This document shows positions 33,452 to 38,590 of a stretch of 38,590 nucleotides of DNA, one piece after another. The stretch is taken from positions 1 through 38,590 of IMG/VR virus record IMGVR_UViG_3300037755_000468. One strand, given 5' to 3'. The DNA comes from a virus. Its lineage: Duplodnaviria > Caudoviricetes. Within the stretch, counting starts at the first letter, position 1. Each line of letters starts with the position of its first letter. The translations under genes and the position numbers were made by a program. The notes under the pieces are model-generated. The model had not been told where the DNA came from. It did no database searches and saw only the letters and a program-made list of their open reading frames with translations.

Positions 33452-35920
33452 ATGGCCAACAATTGGGGTCCCAACGCACCCGGCGCCCTCGGCCTCGAGT
33501 GGTGGCCGACGTTCGGTGGCACGCAGCCGATCGCTCAGAGCACCGCCGGGTTTGTGCAGCAGCTCCGGTCAACGGTCCTCGAGACCATCGGGGCGTTGCG
33601 CCTAGCGGTGGCCTCGGACCCGGCGGCGAGCTCGCCGTTCTTCATGCTGGTGGACGTCATCCCCGCGGGCGACGAGCTGCCAGGCGTGCCCCTGTCGGTG
33701 AGCTACGCCCCGAACCTCGACGAGGACATCGGCAATTGGCTCACGAACGCTGCCGGGGCGGTCAACCTCTGGGCCCGGATCGACGACCCGGTGACCTATC
33801 CGCCGACGGGCACCGACTACATCCGGCACCGGAACGCCACCGCCTCGGCCTACCGGTGCTCGGTGGGGTCCGCGGCGTTCCCCCTCACGGCCAGGGTGCT
33901 GCGCCTCACGGTGGAGTCGGTGATCTCTCTCGACCCGGCGGGCTCGGACTTCACGCCCCGGCTGGTCGGGTTCACCCTCTACCACGACCCCACCGCGACC
34001 ACGTACCAGATCCCCGGCAACACCTACACCGCGACCGCGTTCACGCCTAACAAGGTGCTCGCGATGAGCTGCGGCGAGGTGAACCCCCTCACCCTCCGCC
34101 CGTGGACCGCTGCCGACGTCCGCGAGTTCGACAACGGCGACTGGCAGCTACGGGTCAACACCTCGGGCGGGTCGGCCACCGGCGGCGCAGCGGTGCACTC
34201 GCTGGCGCTCAAGGTCCACTACGTCGACCCCGACAACCGGGCCGCCGTCGGGACCTACAACCGCCCGGGCGGCGCGCTCCCCCTCGAGATCGAAACCGAC
34301 GAGGTGGTGGAGCCCGACGGAGCCGGCGGCTGGGCCCTCAACTGGTCCAAGCCCGCTACCGGCGACTTCCTCTTCTATCCCCGGTGGGGCCGGGCCTCCA
34401 TGGTGGAGCTCGGCGCCACCCCAGCCAATGACCTCGGCTGGTACAACGCCTATCAGGATCTCGGGGCCGGCGGTAACCCCGCCGGGATCTCGTTCCCGGT
34501 CGTGCCTGGCATGGTCGGCGACGTCCTTACCCCGACCAGCTTCGGGCTCCCGTCCGAGGCGTTCGACGGCTCGAGCCGGCGGGCCGCCCGGCTGGTGCTG
34601 CGGACCACGGCGCCGGCCGACTCCAATGACTCGCAGCCCTACGTCAACCGGTTTGACGCCACGGTGCTGCGCACGGTCTCGACGACGCAGACCATCGGGC
34701 AGCGGATCACCCCGAATAGCTCACAGAGCTACCTCGGGGTGCGGTTCGTGGCGCAGCCCCCGCCGACGGGCGACAGCGTCCTAACGGCCCGGGTGCACCG
34801 GGTGTCCGACGACGCCGCCATGGGTGGCACGTTCACGATCACAGCCGCCGAGGCCAGGGCGCTCCCCGACATCGGCGGGGGCCTCCGCTATATCGAGGGG
34901 TTCCTGCAGACCGCTGCGGCGCTCGTGTCGGGCACGCAGTACGAGCTACGTCTCTCCACCACGGCCGTCCTGCCGGCCGGGTGGGTGGTGATCCTGCCCT
35001 ACGGCGCGGGGTCGTCGGGCCCGACCTACGCCGGGAACGGTGGCACCGGCGCCGGTGACTGCGTCCGGCTCAATGGCCTGGCCGGGAGCAGCCTCGCCGA
35101 CCAGGACATGATGGCGACGCTGCTGATCCAGCCCACCGCGCCGGCAGCGGCCGAGGCGCTGGTCATGGAGCGCACGCAGGCCGGCGGGGGCATGATGTGC
35201 ACCCCCGAGGCCGTCGACCACATCGTGGTCCAGTGGACGGCCACCACCCTGGCCTCGGCGTTCGACCGCTACGAGGTGGAACGCCTCGAGGACGACGGAA
35301 CGGGCGTGTGGCACTCGGTGGGGCTCGTCACCTCGGCCGAGACCGAGAACCGCTTCGCCGACTGGGAAACCCCCCGAGGGGTGGCGGTCAAGTACCGGGT
35401 GCGGGTCGTGGCCACCACCGCGGCGTTCTCGGACTGGCGCGAGACGCAATGGGCGAAGGCCGAGGCCTACGGCGCCGAGCTGATATTCACCAGCAACGCC
35501 CGTCCCGACCTGACGGTGGTCGTCGACTACGAGCCCGAGGTGGGCACCGATTTCCCCGACCACGAGGACGACGAGGTGGTGCCGGTGTTCGGCGCCGACT
35601 TCGCCCTTACGTTCATCAACCCCCGCAACCGCGGGATCATCAACACGTATCGGCTCATCGTCCACGCCGCTGGCCGGCCGTGCGACGACTACGGCCGGCC
35701 GCTGCCCGATAACAAGGTGTGGGACCCGCTCCGGGCGATCACCCGGGCCGTCGACATCCCCTACGTGGTGGTGATGAACGCCACCGGCAACCGGGAGCTG
35801 TGCCACGTCACCCTCGGGCGAGGCCAGCGGGTCACCGACGACGACGGGGCGCTCAAGTTCTTCTGGTGCAACGCCGAGACCCGCGAGCAGCAGTCCACGC
35901 CCGCGGTGATCACGAGCTAG
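33452..35920 (+). CDS. Minor tail protein (large, FN3-like segment near the C-terminus)
   Basis: Follows the TMP; beta-rich; VQWT...FDRYEVER...F.DWETP.G....YRVRV. Confidence 0.75.
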   Translation: MANNWGPNAPGALGLEWWPTFGGTQPIAQSTAGFVQQLRSTVLETIGALRLAVASDPAASSPFFMLVDVIPAGDELPGVPLSVSYAPNLDEDIGNWLTNAAGAVNLWARIDDPVTYPPTGTDYIRHRNATASAYRCSVGSAAFPLTARVLRLTVESVISLDPAGSDFTPRLVGFTLYHDPTATTYQIPGNTYTATAFTPNKVLAMSCGEVNPLTLRPWTAADVREFDNGDWQLRVNTSGGSATGGAAVHSLALKVHYVDPDNRAAVGTYNRPGGALPLEIETDEVVEPDGAGGWALNWSKPATGDFLFYPRWGRASMVELGATPANDLGWYNAYQDLGAGGNPAGISFPVVPGMVGDVLTPTSFGLPSEAFDGSSRRAARLVLRTTAPADSNDSQPYVNRFDATVLRTVSTTQTIGQRITPNSSQSYLGVRFVAQPPPTGDSVLTARVHRVSDDAAMGGTFTITAAEARALPDIGGGLRYIEGFLQTAAALVSGTQYELRLSTTAVLPAGWVVILPYGAGSSGPTYAGNGGTGAGDCVRLNGLAGSSLADQDMMATLLIQPTAPAAAEALVMERTQAGGGMMCTPEAVDHIVVQWTATTLASAFDRYEVERLEDDGTGVWHSVGLVTSAETENRFADWETPRGVAVKYRVRVVATTAAFSDWRETQWAKAEAYGAELIFTSNARPDLTVVVDYEPEVGTDFPDHEDDEVVPVFGADFALTFINPRNRGIINTYRLIVHAAGRPCDDYGRPLPDNKVWDPLRAITRAVDIPYVVVMNATGNRELCHVTLGRGQRVTDDDGALKFFWCNAETREQQSTPAVITS

Positions 35921-35930
35921 GGGGCGCGCC

Positions 35931-36998
35931 GTGGCCTACGCCCCGACCGCCACCGAGATCCTCGACTGCAACCCCGTCCGCCGCCGGGCCGACGACTTCC
36001 GGTTCGACCTCTACAGCTCGAATCGGGAGCTGATCGGCGAGCTCCACCCCGACGCCTCCCGGGTCCCGATCGTGTCGAACGACACCGGCCGGGCGGTGCG
36101 CCGGCAGCTGTCCTCGTTCAACCTCCCGCCGTCGGAGCTGTCAGCTATCGCCCTGACGGACTCTGTCGTCCCGGTGATGGTGCTGCAAAACGGCGACGAG
36201 GAATCCCTCGGATGGTTCCAACTAGCCGACGACGGAGAGGCCGAAACGAACCGGGGACTAACCCGCGGTGTCTCCTGGTACGACCGGTGCAATGCACTCA
36301 ATCAACAGACCGAACGGACCATTGCGTTTAACAAAGGCGCAAACGTCGTTATCGCCATGTTGGGTGTGCTGCTCGAGGTGGTGCCCGTAACCGACCTGCT
36401 GGTGGGGCCCGAGTCCGACACGGTCCTAGGTGCCCCGCTGCAGTGGGCACCGGGCACCAACCGCATCCGGATCCTCGACACGCTCACCGACCTACTCGGC
36501 TGGCTCCCGCTGTATTTCAACCGGCACGGGTATGTGCAGTTCGCCGACACCCCCGACCTAGAGACGGCCTCGCCGGACGTGGTCTACCCGGCCGGTAACC
36601 GCATCTTCGACGGGTCGGTGCTGCGCAATAACGACCTGCTCACCGCGCCGAACCGGTTCGTGGTCTACGAGACGTCGGGCCGGTCGACGGTGACCGGGCG
36701 CTACGACATCCCGGCCTCGGCGCCGCATTCGATCGCCAACCGCGGGTTCGTCGTCGCCGACGTGACGAGCGTCCAGGGCCTCGGGTCGACCTCGGCGGCC
36801 AACAAGATGGCGAAGTCCCGGGCGCTGCGGGGCCGGAAAATCTACCGGTGGCTCAACTTCACCAGCCCGGCCGACTACCGCCACGACACGTGGAACGTGC
36901 TCGACGTCGAGGGCGAGATATGGCTCGAGCTGGCGTGGTCGCTCACGTGCCAGCCCGGCCCGGCGAAGATGACGCACAAGTGCCGGCGGGTGTACTAA
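35931..36998 (+). CDS. Minor tail protein (hub/Tal-like)
   Basis: Position; VRRQL, LGWF, GTNR..IL..L, PNRFVV motifs. Confidence 0.7.
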   Translation: MAYAPTATEILDCNPVRRRADDFRFDLYSSNRELIGELHPDASRVPIVSNDTGRAVRRQLSSFNLPPSELSAIALTDSVVPVMVLQNGDEESLGWFQLADDGEAETNRGLTRGVSWYDRCNALNQQTERTIAFNKGANVVIAMLGVLLEVVPVTDLLVGPESDTVLGAPLQWAPGTNRIRILDTLTDLLGWLPLYFNRHGYVQFADTPDLETASPDVVYPAGNRIFDGSVLRNNDLLTAPNRFVVYETSGRSTVTGRYDIPASAPHSIANRGFVVADVTSVQGLGSTSAANKMAKSRALRGRKIYRWLNFTSPADYRHDTWNVLDVEGEIWLELAWSLTCQPGPAKMTHKCRRVY

Positions 36999-37004
36999 CA
37001 CCCC

Positions 37005-37295
37005 ATGACCACTGTCACGATCGACGTCGAGCAGCTTCGGGGGCTGGTGGAGGATCTCGCCGAGGCTGCGGTGTCGGCTGCGATCAACCGGGCCCGGGAC
37101 GACCTCCCGATGTTCACGCAGATATCTGCGGTGGTCGACGCGGTGGACGGCGCGAGCGCCTACGTCTTCCCCGACGACGGATCAACCGAGCCGATCGAGG
37201 CCACCCGCATGCACCCCGACATCGTGGCCGGCTCAACCGTGTGGCTAGTCCAAACACCCCCGGCCGGGGCGTTCGTGCTCGGCCCGATCCCCTGA
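37005..37295 (+). CDS. Small tail-tip protein
   Basis: Short OB-like G.TVWL......FVLG ending; tail context. Confidence 0.6.
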   Translation: MTTVTIDVEQLRGLVEDLAEAAVSAAINRARDDLPMFTQISAVVDAVDGASAYVFPDDGSTEPIEATRMHPDIVAGSTVWLVQTPPAGAFVLGPIP

Positions 37296-37308
37296 ACGGA
37301 GAACGCCC

Positions 37309-37767
37309 ATGTCCGGCTGCTCGAGCTGCGAGGACATCCGCCTAGACCACGCCGAGGCCGGGACCAGTGTCGTCATCACGACCAGCGGGAACATCCTCAC
37401 CGCGACGCTTACGGAGATCCTCCGGGTGCGGGTCCCCGACATGGCCGCCCCGGCCCTGCTCGACGCCGAGGGGATCGTCCAGGTGGTCACCCCCGCCAGC
37501 GGCACGAACGGCGACGTCTACATCGGGTGGGCGCCGGTCCCTGTCGGCGGTGGAGCTGCGCCGGCCGCCTCGGCGTTGCGCTACTGGCCCGAGATCAACG
37601 TGGGCGGCACCACCGCTGAGATCCCCGGGCGCCCGTTCCGGCCAGCGGTGTGGGTGGACCAGCCCGGCGAGTACCTGCTCGGCGGGTTCCTCGAGACGGG
37701 CTCGCAGTCGGTGCAGGTGGTGGTTAACGGGGTGTCCCCGTGCGAGGGCTGGGTGCTTCGCGGGTGA
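37309..37767 (+). CDS. Minor tail / hypothetical protein
   Basis: GGAG RBS; beta-rich composition. Confidence 0.65.
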   Translation: MSGCSSCEDIRLDHAEAGTSVVITTSGNILTATLTEILRVRVPDMAAPALLDAEGIVQVVTPASGTNGDVYIGWAPVPVGGGAAPAASALRYWPEINVGGTTAEIPGRPFRPAVWVDQPGEYLLGGFLETGSQSVQVVVNGVSPCEGWVLRG

Positions 37768-38519
37768 GCACCACCAGCATTGAACGGTTCGGCGTCTATC
37801 AGGCGTCCGAGTGGCAGGTGGAGATAACGGCGAGCTGGCGCACGTCGCGCCGCCAGATGCCGATCGTGTGGTTCCACGGGTTCGGGGTCGACGGCCGGGT
37901 GGTCCGCCGGGGCACCGCGACCATCCCAGGGGCGACGTACTACGACCGGTTGTCGCTGCTCGCCGAGCGCCTCGGGACGGTGCTGGTGTCGGCCGACTTC
38001 GGGGGCGTCAGCACGTGGGCCAACCCCACCGCTCAGACCCGGTTCGCCACGATGATGACGTGGCTGGGAACGAACCTCGGGGTCCGGACGGACCGCTACA
38101 TTCTGGCCGGCGAGTCCATGAACAGCCTCCTGGCCCTGAACCTCGCGTGGCGGAATTGGTCCAAGGTCGCGGCGCTGTGGCTGCGGGGCCCGATCACCCG
38201 CATGCAAGCGTTCCACGACCTGAACGCCGGGCTCGGGGCGTTCATGGAAGCGGCCTACGGCAACCTTGCCGGGCTGGTCGCGGCCTACCCGACGCACGAC
38301 CCCGTCCAGAACATGGCGGCGCTCGTCACCCTCGGCCCCGTCACCCGCCTGGACTTCACGGCCGGCGACGAGTTCATCCCCGCCACGTGGGCCCCGGAGT
38401 ACGCCGCAGCGACCGGGGCGCTAGCGCGCTTGCACCCGGGGACGCACGAGGACAACACTCGGTTTGACCACGCCGAGGTAGCCGACTGGCTCGCCGACGT
38501 GACCCGAACCGCGGCCTAG
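37764..38519 (+). CDS. Alpha/beta-hydrolase fold protein (esterase-like)
   Basis: VWFHGFG oxyanion motif, LAGESMNS nucleophile elbow, GDEFIP Asp, GTH His; GTGA overlap. Confidence 0.75.
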   Translation: MSTTSIERFGVYQASEWQVEITASWRTSRRQMPIVWFHGFGVDGRVVRRGTATIPGATYYDRLSLLAERLGTVLVSADFGGVSTWANPTAQTRFATMMTWLGTNLGVRTDRYILAGESMNSLLALNLAWRNWSKVAALWLRGPITRMQAFHDLNAGLGAFMEAAYGNLAGLVAAYPTHDPVQNMAALVTLGPVTRLDFTAGDEFIPATWAPEYAAATGALARLHPGTHEDNTRFDHAEVADWLADVTRTAA

Positions 38520-38545
38520 CCGCCACCCCACCCCCGGGAGACCCC

Positions 38546-38590
38546 ATGCCCGACCCCGCCCGCCCGCTCACCCTCGACGACCTCTCCGAG
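38546..38590 (+). CDS. Start of the next gene (truncated by the window edge)
   Basis: GGGAG RBS, ATG 38546, MPDPARPLTLDDLSE open to the end of the window. Confidence 0.5.
   Translation, partial: MPDPARPLTLDDLSE

Noticed and set aside
36165-36370. A-rich tail gene patch as a diversity-generating retroelement variable region
   Set aside because: No template repeat or reverse transcriptase is visible, and the patch is mid-gene rather than C-terminal.

Overview
A very GC-rich (roughly 70%+ by eye) tailed-phage or prophage segment, most likely infecting an actinobacterium, with every credible gene on the + strand. The left part (1-17.2 kb) is an accessory region: two beta-class amino-DNA methyltransferases, a C5 methyltransferase with five repeated target-recognition-like motifs, a probable terminase small subunit, MerR-like and winged-helix regulators, many small Zn-ribbon, membrane or lipoprotein genes, and the terminase large subunit. 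The right part (17.3-38.6 kb) is a siphovirus morphogenesis module: DUF1360-like protein, portal, a MuF/2H-phosphoesterase/protease-like fusion, two capsid proteins, major tail, head-tail connectors, a frameshifted tail chaperone, tape measure, minor tail proteins and an alpha/beta hydrolase. The most notable observations are: (1) a palindrome, AGCGCGCT, built into the -10/-35 boxes of mostly leaderless promoters, occurring as 23-bp-spaced pairs in front of three unrelated genes that all begin ATGACGAGCACC; (2) a head polyprotein carrying a 2H phosphoesterase (Acb1-like fold); (3) accessory proteins carrying short copies of the phage's own capsid and terminase motifs; (4) recurrent GGC-CTA-GYC triloop hairpins. 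All assignments come from motif recognition and synteny by eye; no searches were run.
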